From NCBI GenBank assembly GCA_041651055.1, contig JBAZJW010000001.1, positions 177,021 to 241,020 of the forward strand: a stretch of 64,000 bases of DNA, read 5' to 3'. Positions 19,829 through 28,390 of the stretch are shown piece after piece. Under the pieces are notes generated by a model that had not been told where the DNA came from, searched no databases, and saw only the letters and a list, made by a program, of their open reading frames with translations. Numbering within the stretch: position 1 is the first letter of the stretch; every line of letters starts with the position of its first letter. A program made the translations under genes and the position numbers. This DNA is from Minisyncoccota bacterium (GTDB lineage Bacteria > Patescibacteriota > Minisyncoccia > Phycocordibacterales > UBA5272).

Positions 19829-19918
19829 CAGTTGTATTATAAAACAATTACATTATTAATCCTAAAAATGTATTATTTACTCATGTGTATCTGTTTAAGT
19901 GAGTTGTATCTTCTGTTA

Positions 19919-20128
19919 TTATTTTATAATAAATTTTGCACCGGTCTTCTCCATTAAATCTCCTAGTTGCTTACTCGTCTGCCCCAAACTATTAAATAAT
20001 TCTACAATTCGGGAATCTTTTTCTTGAAGTTGTGCTACAAGTTTTCTGTTATCAATAAATAAACCAGCAGTAGCAATACAAGATATTACTAACAACACTG
20101 CTAAAAGTAGAGTGATTTTAGATTTCAT
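19919..20128 (-). CDS. small secreted or membrane-anchored coiled-coil protein
   Basis: 69 aa, N-terminal MKSKITLLLAVLLVISCIATAG signal/lipobox-like segment. Confidence 0.35.
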   Translation of the reverse strand: MKSKITLLLAVLLVISCIATAGLFIDNRKLVAQLQEKDSRIVELFNSLGQTSKQLGDLMEKTGAKFIIK

Positions 20129-20452
20129 ACGTAAGGTTCTATATTAAATTTTTGGTAGCAAAACACCGCCATAGAAATAGGAGAACCTTACGAGTAGACC
20201 CACTCCATGGCGGAGCTTTTATCACAAGGTATTAGGTTTGTTTTGTAAACATAGCATAACAGGGTACAAGGAACCTCTCCCTCAGTAAACTTTTGTCGTC
20301 ACAAAAGTTTCTTCGGGCAACTCTCGTGGTTTCTTTTGCTAAAGAAACATCACTCCGAGTATTCGAGTCCTTGCCGTGAAGGACCCAACGTCCTTCACTT
20401 ACCCCAGCTCACACGACAAAAAAGCGTACTTCGTACTCGATGAAAAGTGTGA

Positions 20453-20523
20453 GCTGGGGTACAAGGACTCGAACCTCGATACTCAGGACCAAAACCTGAT
20501 GTCCTACCATTAGACGATACCCC
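20453..20523 (-). tRNA. tRNA-Gln (anticodon UUG)
   Basis: Cloverleaf folds by hand: 7 bp acceptor stem (U1-A72), U8, D arm GTCT/GGAC, anticodon stem TCAGG/CCTGA with loop TTTTGGT (U33, anticodon TTG), T arm CGAGG-TTCGAGT-CCTTG, discriminator G, no encoded CCA. Confidence 0.75.
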
Positions 20524-20813
20524 AAGATGTAAGTTTTTAGTTGATAGTTATTATTTTTTAGTTAATGCAAAATGAAATTCATTGTGCGGCATGCAATACC
20601 AAAAAAATGACTATCAGTTATTAGCTAGGAGAAATTAAATTCAGAGAATTTCTTACCCCTAACTCCTAACCGTAAACTCCTAACTAACCAAAACACAATA
20701 CCATTTTTGAGAGATTTTTGGAAGAGGGAAGGAAAGATTCTCGGTGAGAGCGCTGTCACAGTAAGCTTTTTGAAATTATACACAGCGTCCACAGAACACC
20801 ACGAAAATTTTGC

Positions 20814-21092
20814 TTGCGCGAGAGGAAAAGAGGGGAGTATACTCTCCTACATTACACACCAATTGTTGCAACTTTTATGTCATCCACGTCATCTCCACTT
20901 TTCCACGCATCGAATACATCAACAGACAGCAACAATTTTAAGCCTTCGGAAAAACTTCCAGAGCACCTGACACATTTCCAGGAAATTGGAAAAGACACTC
21001 GTAAGAAAATGACAGACGTAATGCAATCTCTCCTTGAACTCACTGACAAAATGGCATTACGCGGAGCAGCGACACTTCAAGAAGTAAACTAA
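20814..21092 (+). CDS. hypothetical protein (weak)
   Basis: 92 aa ORF, overlaps another frame; no support beyond ORF length. Confidence 0.2.
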   Translation: MRERKRGEYTLLHYTPIVATFMSSTSSPLFHASNTSTDSNNFKPSEKLPEHLTHFQEIGKDTRKKMTDVMQSLLELTDKMALRGAATLQEVN

Positions 21093-21185
21093 GACCTATA
21101 CACACCTCCTCTTGACGAATTGACGATTGTATGAGAGAGTGAGTATATTATTTACCTTTATTCATAAGGTGAAATAGATATAGTC

Positions 21186-21476
21186 ATGGCACTCAATCAA
21201 GATCTACGATACATTCTCGAACAATCTGAACTCACTTTTGAAGAAGTGAGGGCTTTCGAAACGGGATTCCTTTTGCTTACCGCAGGGGAGCAAGCTGAAT
21301 TCGCAGAGATTATCAAAAACGATCCTGAACTTATCTATCCTCTCTATATTAACTTCAAAGCAAAGCTTCGTGCTGCACGTGGAACAGAACAAGACTGGAC
21401 TGAAGCTATCGAAACAGAAATTGTACAGCTCGAAGACTTTCTCGCAAAACGAAGAGTTGGAGATGAGATAATGTAA
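21186..21476 (+). CDS. hypothetical small acidic protein
   Basis: 96 aa ORF followed by AACACC-GAG-GGTGTT + T-rich terminator at 21524-21552. Confidence 0.4.
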   Translation: MALNQDLRYILEQSELTFEEVRAFETGFLLLTAGEQAEFAEIIKNDPELIYPLYINFKAKLRAARGTEQDWTEAIETEIVQLEDFLAKRRVGDEIM

Positions 21477-21699
21477 AATAGTTTGCAGTCAACAGACTAC
21501 AAGTCAACAGAAAGATTCAAAATAACACCGAGGGTGTTATTTTAATTTTGAATCTCTATCGTCTCACTTACGTTCTTTGTTTTGTATTGTCACCCCAATG
21601 AAAATTGGGGTCCAGTGGACACTGGATTCCAAATCGAGTTTGGAATGACACCTGGTGCCCCGCCTGCTTGCTGCGAGGTGGTTCATTTTTGAATCTCAG

Positions 21700-21762
21700 T
21701 ATGTCATTCCCGCGAAGGCGGGAATCCATTACCTAGATTCCCGCCTTCGCGGGAATGACATA
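21700..21762. repeat. GC-rich twin-hairpin palindrome
   Basis: Two 26 nt perfectly complementary arms TATGTCATTCCCGCGAAGGCGGGAAT / ATTCCCGCCTTCGCGGGAATGACATA separated by 11 nt; each arm is itself a hairpin. Confidence 0.6.
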
Positions 21763-21896
21763 TACTCTTCCGTTTGAATATTGAAAATTGTTTCATTGAA
21801 TATTGCCTAGAATATTGTGCGTATCTTTTCCCATATTCACACTCCTCATATATACTGTTCTCTATGAAGCTACTCGTTCTCAGTCTACGTCTCATC

Positions 21897-22403
21897 ATGG
21901 AACGTCGTGATAGTCGCATGGTCATTATTATTTCGACACTCGTCTTTTTGTTTCTCCTTCTTCTGACACAAAATGGAACAGCAGCATACGATGCACTCGG
22001 GTTCACCTCACTCTCACTTTCTGCGCGTATTGGTCTCTTCTTTTCTACACTTTTTGATATAAAAAACACCTTCACCACAGGATCATTCATTCTTGCCGTG
22101 CTCGGATCATTCTTGGGTGGCATCAATATATCGCTTGCGTACACCTACATGCGTCTACGTGGCCAAATTATCCTCCGTAGCGGACTCTATAGTGGAATAG
22201 GGGTATTCATGGCTTTCTTGGGAATTGGCTGTGCCGCGTGCGGCACAGCCCTTCTCAGTATTCTTCTCGGATTCTTTGGACTTTCGGCCATGCTCAACCT
22301 TCTCCCATACCAAGGACAAGAAATCGGGTACATTGGACTCATTTTTCTTTCTATCGCATCCTATTCACTTGCACAAAAAGTATCAGCACCAAACGTGTGT
22401 TAA
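21897..22403 (+). CDS. hypothetical polytopic membrane protein
   Basis: ORF 21774..22403; several TM segments from about residue 45; true start uncertain (ATG at 21850 or 21897). Confidence 0.4.
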   Translation: MERRDSRMVIIISTLVFLFLLLLTQNGTAAYDALGFTSLSLSARIGLFFSTLFDIKNTFTTGSFILAVLGSFLGGINISLAYTYMRLRGQIILRSGLYSGIGVFMAFLGIGCAACGTALLSILLGFFGLSAMLNLLPYQGQEIGYIGLIFLSIASYSLAQKVSAPNVC

Positions 22404-22412
22404 ACTTTACAC

Positions 22413-22994
22413 ATGTCATCCATTCCTGCAGACGTTTTATCACGAGCAAATGCAATAGGATTCTTTGGTGTTCTGATTCTTCTCATCGCATATTTCTTTG
22501 AAGGTCCACCACTTGGACTTTTTGATATTGGTAAGCATTTACCATCACAAGAAATACCTACGTATTACCAAGTGACGAAAGTTACCGATGGCGACACGAT
22601 TCATGTGAATATAGAAGGTGCAGATGAGGTGATCCGTCTTATTGGTATCAACACACCTGAAACTGTCGACCCACGACGACCAGTACAATGCTTCGGCAAA
22701 GAAGCCTCTGCCAGAATGAAAGAACTTGTCGGAGGGAAAATAGTACGTCTCGAATATGACGACTCTCAAAGCCTTCGTGATACTTACAATCGTTTACTTG
22801 CTTACGTGTACCTTGAAGACGGGGAAATGATCAATCGTAAAATGATTGCAGAAGGGTATGCCTATGAATACACCTACATGACACCGTACAAATATCAGCG
22901 TGAATTTCGTGAATTACAAACCCTCGCACGCACGTCAGCGCGTGGCCTTTGGGCACCAGAAACCTGTAACGGAAGTAAAACACTTTCGAAATAA
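22413..22994 (+). CDS. membrane-anchored thermonuclease (SNase-like)
   Basis: TDGDTIHVNIEGADEVIRLIGINTPE ... RLLAYVYLEDGEMINRKMIAEGYA typical of staphylococcal nuclease homologues. Confidence 0.75.
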   Translation: MSSIPADVLSRANAIGFFGVLILLIAYFFEGPPLGLFDIGKHLPSQEIPTYYQVTKVTDGDTIHVNIEGADEVIRLIGINTPETVDPRRPVQCFGKEASARMKELVGGKIVRLEYDDSQSLRDTYNRLLAYVYLEDGEMINRKMIAEGYAYEYTYMTPYKYQREFRELQTLARTSARGLWAPETCNGSKTLSK

Positions 22995-23000
22995 ACCATT

Positions 23001-23744
23001 ATGGAGACCATACAATTTCTTCTCAAATTTCTTTTTAAATTAGCAATCGCACTCATCATCGCAAGCTTCGTATGGTGGCTTGTAACTGCACTGTATCCCG
23101 CACTAAGTCTTCGAACATTTTTCCTTGCGTCTGGCACTGAAAATAGTTGGTTACCTGCTCCTGGAAGTTGGGGGCCATTACTCGGCAAACAAAAAGTTCC
23201 GAGTGAGTACGATAATATTTATGTTCCGGGTCCACCATACAACGGATATTCCGATGTATACAATAATCCATATGGTAGCGGCGCACAGGTAGATTTCATT
23301 ACCTACACAACTACAGGTGTACAAATAACACGTAATGGGCAAGACATCACAAGAGATGTATCGCAAGGTGGCCAAACTGGAACATCACAAGGAGGGGTGG
23401 ACCGAAACGGATATGCTTCGAAAGAACTCTACATACGCAACCTTTCTATTTATCAAGGTGGATCTATTTATACTGGTATCAGTTTTGTCGGTGAAGCGCG
23501 AAATGTAATGTTTAGTAATGGGAAGTTTCCTATCATCATCGTGGACAATATGGGGCGTGTGGCAACGGTTGCCATTGCGGAAGCAACATCGAATTGGTCA
23601 GTACCAGGATGGGCAAGATTCCAAGTGAAAATAAATGGGGTGATGCCGGTGAAAACGGCGTGCACAATGGTGTTCCAGTCCGGTGTGCCAGAGAATTACA
23701 ATCAGACACCGCTTCGTGTCGCAATACCGATAGTGTGTAATTAA
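23001..23744 (+). CDS. hypothetical secreted/membrane-anchored protein
   Basis: N-terminal TM, Gly/Thr/Tyr-rich body; followed by AAGCCATC/GATGGCTT terminator at 23753-23782. Confidence 0.4.
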   Translation: METIQFLLKFLFKLAIALIIASFVWWLVTALYPALSLRTFFLASGTENSWLPAPGSWGPLLGKQKVPSEYDNIYVPGPPYNGYSDVYNNPYGSGAQVDFITYTTTGVQITRNGQDITRDVSQGGQTGTSQGGVDRNGYASKELYIRNLSIYQGGSIYTGISFVGEARNVMFSNGKFPIIIVDNMGRVATVAIAEATSNWSVPGWARFQVKINGVMPVKTACTMVFQSGVPENYNQTPLRVAIPIVCN

Positions 23745-23837
23745 GAAAAGAAAAAAGCCATCACAGAGGATGGCTTTTTTCATAAAGAAAGGTTCGTATA
23801 TTCTACGTATGAATATGAAGAAGACACAATAGAGATA

Positions 23838-24245
23838 TTATACAATTTCGAAAGCTCCATCTGAACCTCTTCTTACTTCCGGATGATCGACATCACCAGC
23901 CGCAGCTCTTTTTATGTCACCAACATCAGGGGGGAGGGTTGGTCTCAAAACTCTTGAATGTGAACCCCACTCGTGTGGGGGTTCTTTAGGTTCCCATTCA
24001 GAAACCTCTGATGGCCTAGCATCTCCCAGAACCGTTATCCCTTTTTCTTTCAAAAATTTTTCGAGATCATTGTTTGAAAGATTTAAGTGGACAGCGACTC
24101 CAAATAACTTGAAGCGTTCTTTTGGTGTAAGCACAGTACCGAGAATTCCTGCTTCCTGTCTCTCTCGCAGTACTACTTCCAGCGCTTCATCAAGTGAATT
24201 CGGTATTACTTTTTCCGGAGCACTGTTATTTCCAAATGACTCCAT
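23838..24245 (-). CDS. hypothetical protein
   Basis: 135 aa ORF co-directional and adjacent to yqeY-like gene. Confidence 0.3.
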   Translation of the reverse strand: MESFGNNSAPEKVIPNSLDEALEVVLRERQEAGILGTVLTPKERFKLFGVAVHLNLSNNDLEKFLKEKGITVLGDARPSEVSEWEPKEPPHEWGSHSRVLRPTLPPDVGDIKRAAAGDVDHPEVRRGSDGAFEIV

Positions 24246-24251
24246 AGAAGT

Positions 24252-24719
24252 TTATGCGGTGAGTCTATCGATAACAGCTTTTACAAGTGCACCGTCAGCA
24301 TTCGCACCAAGTTCTTTCATCATAATTCCCACGAACTGTCCTTTCTTTGTCGGATCAAGTGGAGAAGCAATGAGTTTCGCTTTCACTGCGGCTTCGATAT
24401 CTGCTTCAGACATCTGTGCAGGGAGAAGCTCTTCGATGATGGCGAGTTCATTTCTTTCATCATCAGCGAGTTCTGGACGACCACCTGAGATGAACTGTTC
24501 CATAGAATCTTTACGCTGCTTTGCGAGGCGCTTGATGACCTTCATACAGTCCTCATCTGAGAGAACTTCCTGTGGAGGACGACCTTGCGTCACGAGTTCA
24601 TTGGTAAATGCAGCTGAAAGCATACGAAGTGTACCGAGACGTACAGCGTCTTTTGCAATCATTGCCGCTTTGATTTCAGCTTTAATTTTTTCTTGCATAG
24701 TCATTTTATTATAGCACAA
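24252..24719 (-). CDS. yqeY: GatB/YqeY domain protein
   Basis: MQEKIKAEIKAAMIAKDAVRLGTLRMLSAAF ... EELLPAQMSEADIEAAV characteristic of YqeY. Confidence 0.8.
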   Translation of the reverse strand: MCYNKMTMQEKIKAEIKAAMIAKDAVRLGTLRMLSAAFTNELVTQGRPPQEVLSDEDCMKVIKRLAKQRKDSMEQFISGGRPELADDERNELAIIEELLPAQMSEADIEAAVKAKLIASPLDPTKKGQFVGIMMKELGANADGALVKAVIDRLTA

Positions 24720-24836
24720 AATGCCTAGTCAAAAGTCTGTAAAGTTAAAAGCCCATAAAGGAGACTCGGACACAAAGAGTCAAACAAAAAACCAGCCGCG
24801 TACGGCTGGTGGGTGAATCGCGAGACATTTCTCGGC

Positions 24837-25133
24837 TCATTGTGATTGTGTGAACAATCTTTCGAGGTCATCGAGACCATTTACGTGCAGTACTGTTCCA
24901 TCTCTCGTGGTTATGACAATATGAGGAACGACCTTTGCAGGATATTCCTCCATGAGCTCCTTCCATTTTGGTCCTCCGAAGAAGAACTCTTCAGGGACGA
25001 CGTTCTGAAGTCGGTGTTTAAGCAAGCTTTTGGCTCGAGCGCAAAAACCGCACGGCGGAGATATTCTGGTGAAAATCACGACTCCTCGGACCTCTTCGGA
25101 TGAGAGTGCTCTAGGTTGTTCGACGGCAAACAT
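24837..25133 (-). CDS. glutaredoxin/thioredoxin-like protein
   Basis: CGFC (CxxC) redox motif after a beta-strand VVIFTRISPP; start placed at internal ATG. Confidence 0.5.
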   Translation of the reverse strand: MFAVEQPRALSSEEVRGVVIFTRISPPCGFCARAKSLLKHRLQNVVPEEFFFGGPKWKELMEEYPAKVVPHIVITTRDGTVLHVNGLDDLERLFTQSQ

Positions 25134-25167
25134 CTTTTGTGAACCTTTCTGAAAGGAGAAGATTATC

Positions 25168-25210
25168 AACAAGGCGAGGCCTTGTAGCTACAAGGCCTCG
25201 CCTTGTTACC
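25168..25210. repeat. perfect palindrome (twin hairpin) AACAAGGCGAGGCCTTGT-AGCT-ACAAGGCCTCGCCTTGTT
   Basis: Each 18 nt arm is itself the hairpin ACAAGGC-GAG-GCCTTGT; a single arm recurs at 30735-30752. Confidence 0.6.
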
Positions 25211-25542
25211 AGCAAAAGTGCTGACACTTATTCATACCATATTTATATGGAAGCGGGCAAATGGGAAAATATTTAATACAACAATATTTAATATTCAAAT
25301 GAATCAAATGCATTTAATCCAAAAAACTCCTCTAGGCTTGCAGGGGTTCTCTGAATTAGTATTTACCTCTTTGTATTTAATTGAATATTATTACGAGCAG
25401 TCTGTATAAAAAAATAGAACCCCCAAAGTGGAGGTTCAGAATGGTCCTTAAGCATTCAATGTGTGAGGATGTTTCGTCAACGGACGATCCACACAGGTTA
25501 CGGAATGGGCGCCGAATGGCTCGGGCCCAACCACCACGCAGT

Positions 25543-26016
25543 TCAGGAGAACGTGCCCGCAGCGACCGTGCCAGCGTCGTCGGCCTGCTTCAGCGCAACT
25601 TCGTCGGCGCCGGGCTGATCCTTGGCCGTGTCGGTCGTGCCGGCGTCCTGCTGCTGTTGACCTTCGATGTTTTCACCAGCGCCGAACTGCTTTTCGCCGT
25701 GCAAAATATCGGTGGTGCCCGCCGCGGTCTTGGCCACGCCGCCTTGCTGCTGCTGGATCAATTTCGACTCGTCGTTGCCGATCTGGTTCACGGCGCCCGT
25801 GGTGCCTTGTTCCATCTGCGGGCTTTGGCCGGTGGCGGTCACGCTGATGTCGGCAGGTTGCGCGCCGGCGTTCACGGTGGTCTTGTGCGGATCGGAGGCG
25901 GCCAGCGCGTCGGGCTTCACGGCGGAATGGATCACATCGGTGCCGTGCGCGGCGCCAACGGCCTGATTCAAAAACAGCGCACCGAGGATCGAGAGACGCA
26001 ATTTCAAGTGGTTCAT
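25543..26016 (-). CDS. secreted Ala/Gly/Thr/Gln-rich protein encoded in a ~65% GC insert
   Basis: ATG preceded by AGGAG RBS, signal peptide MNHLKLRLSILGALFLNQAVGAAHG; composition sharply different from flanks. Confidence 0.45.
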   Translation of the reverse strand: MNHLKLRLSILGALFLNQAVGAAHGTDVIHSAVKPDALAASDPHKTTVNAGAQPADISVTATGQSPQMEQGTTGAVNQIGNDESKLIQQQQGGVAKTAAGTTDILHGEKQFGAGENIEGQQQQDAGTTDTAKDQPGADEVALKQADDAGTVAAGTFS

Positions 26017-26285
26017 GGAAAGCTCCTGGTTGAATTGAAGGGAACGGGAACAACGTGCCACAACGGGATGTTGCGACAAGTAATACTCTACCACATACAT
26101 CAAAATCCTGTCAAGGGATATGGGGATAGTCAAAAGTCTATAAAGTTGAAAGTTCATAAAGTAAATACGGCATACAAATATTCAATGATTCAATTTTCAA
26201 TATTCAAACGATAATCAAAACCACTCCCTCAGTATCCACTTTTGACTTTACGGACTTTCTAAACTTTATAGACTATACTAAGACC

Positions 26286-27344
26286 ATGTCTCCCACCATT
26301 ATCATCACCATTTTCGGCACCATTATCACGGTACTTCTTGCATTACTTCTCATTAAATTAAATACGCCAAAGAAAAAAGACGAAGAGGACCAAACCTTTC
26401 TTATTCTTCAAGACCAACTCGAGCGATTGCGAAATACCGTCGAAAATAAATTGGAACGCTCATCGTCCGAGCTCCATCAAGTACTTCATCGCCAAGGAAC
26501 AGAGGCGAACCGTCTCATCACTGAAATCACCCGTGAACTCACTGAAGTGAAAGAAGGGAACAAGCAAGTTTTCTCCATGACCGAGCAACTTCAAAATCTT
26601 GAAAAGGTTCTGACTCACCAAAAGCAACGAGGAAATCTCGGTGAAGCATCCCTTGAACTCATTCTCTCGAATATGCTCGCCCCAGGCCAGTACGAAATGC
26701 AACACTACTTCAAAAATGGTGAAGTAGTGGACGCCATCATTCATACCAAAGAAGGAATTATTCCTATTGATGCGAAGTATTCACTGGATAATTACCAACG
26801 CCTCATGAATGCAACGGATGAAGAAGAAACAGCGTACTATCAAAATGAATTCAAAAAGGATATTCAAAAAAGAATCGATGAAACCTCAAAGTACATTCGT
26901 CCGGAAGAGGGGACGCTACCCTTTGCTTTCATGTTCATTCCCGCAGAAGGAATATACTACGACCTTCTCGTGAACCAAGTATCAAAAGGTGCTATCAATA
27001 CACAGAATCTTATCGAATATGCGTACAACAAACGAAAAGTAATTATCGTGTCTCCGACGACATTTTATGCATACTTACAATCAGTACTCTATGGATTCAA
27101 GGCGTTTAAGATCGAAGAAAGTGCGAAGCATATTCAACAACGCGTAGAAGAGCTTGGTCGTCACCTCACAGCCTATGAAGACTATATGAAGAAGTTAGGT
27201 GTAACACTTGGCACCAGTGTGAATCATTACAATGCTGCCTATAAAGAATTAAAAAAGGTAGACAAAGATGTACTACGTATTACAGGTGAAGCAATGGGGA
27301 TAGAACCAGCGCTCTTGGATAAGCCGACATTTGAGGAAGAATAA
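26286..27344 (+). CDS. rmuC: DNA recombination protein RmuC
   Basis: N-terminal TM, coiled coil, C-terminal block AFMFIPAEGIYYDLL typical of RmuC. Confidence 0.75.
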   Translation: MSPTIIITIFGTIITVLLALLLIKLNTPKKKDEEDQTFLILQDQLERLRNTVENKLERSSSELHQVLHRQGTEANRLITEITRELTEVKEGNKQVFSMTEQLQNLEKVLTHQKQRGNLGEASLELILSNMLAPGQYEMQHYFKNGEVVDAIIHTKEGIIPIDAKYSLDNYQRLMNATDEEETAYYQNEFKKDIQKRIDETSKYIRPEEGTLPFAFMFIPAEGIYYDLLVNQVSKGAINTQNLIEYAYNKRKVIIVSPTTFYAYLQSVLYGFKAFKIEESAKHIQQRVEELGRHLTAYEDYMKKLGVTLGTSVNHYNAAYKELKKVDKDVLRITGEAMGIEPALLDKPTFEEE

Positions 27345-27385
27345 AAGATAGTCGAGAGCTGATAGTCGGCAGGTCAAATACACAT

Positions 27386-27418
27386 AAAAAAGCCGCCAGT
27401 ACTCTGGCGGCTTTTGAT
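27386..27418. terminator. bidirectional terminator
   Basis: AGCCGCCAG-TACT-CTGGCGGCT hairpin flanked by A-run and T-run. Confidence 0.6.
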
Positions 27419-27431
27419 TCATTGGTGGCAC

Positions 27432-27758
27432 TTACTGAAAGCGCGACCAAAGTGTTTTTCGCGGTGAAGCATCTTTGATGTCGATCTTTTTCGGCCTGTC
27501 AAAAATGGCATAGATGGCGACGAACAGGGCAACGGGCGCGAAAAGGATCATTGCCCAGAAACAGCACCGCTCCTCATCGTCCCCTGAAAAAGAGATTCGC
27601 CCTTTCGCAAGGAAGCGATAAATCAGTATCCCGAGCAGTCCGGGAGTAAAGTAAAGCGCAGGCCCGGCGAGGTCGGGGGACAATCCGAACACCACAAGCA
27701 ATTGAGCCATGTGACTCAGAAGCCAGTCCAGCCAAGCAATCAAACTTTCTTTCATCAT
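27432..27758 (-). CDS. hypothetical membrane protein in a ~55% GC segment
   Basis: 108 aa, three TM segments; a 29 aa TM peptide ORF (27755..27844, minus) overlaps its start by ATGA. Confidence 0.4.
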   Translation of the reverse strand: MMKESLIAWLDWLLSHMAQLLVVFGLSPDLAGPALYFTPGLLGILIYRFLAKGRISFSGDDEERCCFWAMILFAPVALFVAIYAIFDRPKKIDIKDASPRKTLWSRFQ

Positions 27759-27962
27759 TTACCACTCAGGTAAATTGAAATCACCGCCCAGACGGTCCCG
27801 ACGACCACCAAAAGTGAAGCCATAAAACCCCAGTCAATTTCCATGATTTTCTCCGGTGAAGGTGTTAAAACTAAGAGCCCTCCATCATACTACCATTCTT
27901 GTGAGTATAGTCAAGAGCATACTCTTGCACACAATTGTAAAATAGTGTATAATTTCACAACT

Positions 27963-28280
27963 ATGTCATTCGCAGTTATTCAAACAGGGGGTAAACAATA
28001 CAAGGTTGCCGTTGGCGACGAAATCGCAGTTGAGAAATTGGCCGGCGATTTGAAGGTTGGAGATAAAGTTACTATTAGTGAAGTAGTCCTTAAGGATGAC
28101 GGCGCATCGACAACTCTCGGAGCTCCTTATATCACAGGATCTAAAGTAGAAGCTACTATTATCGAATCAGGCAAGCTTGATAAGGTAATGGTCGTACGTT
28201 ATCGACAGAAATCACGTTATCACAAGCGTAACGGTCACCGTCAGCCGTACATGAGTTTGAAGATTGAAGCAATTAACTAA
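27963..28280 (+). CDS. rplU: 50S ribosomal protein L21
   Basis: MSFAVIQTGGKQYKVAVGDEIAVEKL N-terminus; TGTATAAT extended -10 about 12 nt upstream. Confidence 0.85.
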   Translation: MSFAVIQTGGKQYKVAVGDEIAVEKLAGDLKVGDKVTISEVVLKDDGASTTLGAPYITGSKVEATIIESGKLDKVMVVRYRQKSRYHKRNGHRQPYMSLKIEAIN

Positions 28281-28390
28281 AACACAGAAGTAAGGAGAAT
28301 GAAGAAAGGATAAAGAAAAGTCGCATCTACGATGCGACTTTTCTTTATCCTTGTATCACCATCTTCCTACTTCGTACTCCTTGCTTCTTT

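Noticed and set aside
20361-20413. Possible second tRNA on the plus strand
   Set aside because: Only the T-arm and acceptor 3' strand are present, with a 25 nt hairpin inserted. There is no D arm or anticodon arm, so it is a tRNA fragment or scar rather than a gene.
21704-22144. 146 aa minus-strand Arg-rich ORF overlapping the twin-hairpin palindrome
   Set aside because: It is basic and low-complexity, with its start inside the palindrome. The plus-strand membrane-protein ORF is preferred.
23914-24714. 266 aa Ser-rich ORF on the plus strand
   Set aside because: It is low-complexity and fully antisense to the well-supported yqeY-like gene and its upstream neighbour, so it is treated as spurious.
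25381-26214. 277 aa plus-strand ORF and several other long ORFs (25673..26053, 25667..25966) in the GC-rich insert
   Set aside because: High GC suppresses stop codons in all frames. Only the minus-strand frame has an RBS, an ATG and a signal peptide. The rest are Arg/Gly/Ala-rich artefacts.
27843-27962. 40-codon N-terminal extension of the L21 ORF and a 27-codon extension of the gltX ORF (58595..58675)
   Set aside because: Conserved N-termini of L21 (MSFAVIQ) and GluRS (MSTIPHVVTRFAPSPTG) start at internal ATGs, so the extensions are ORF-finder artefacts.
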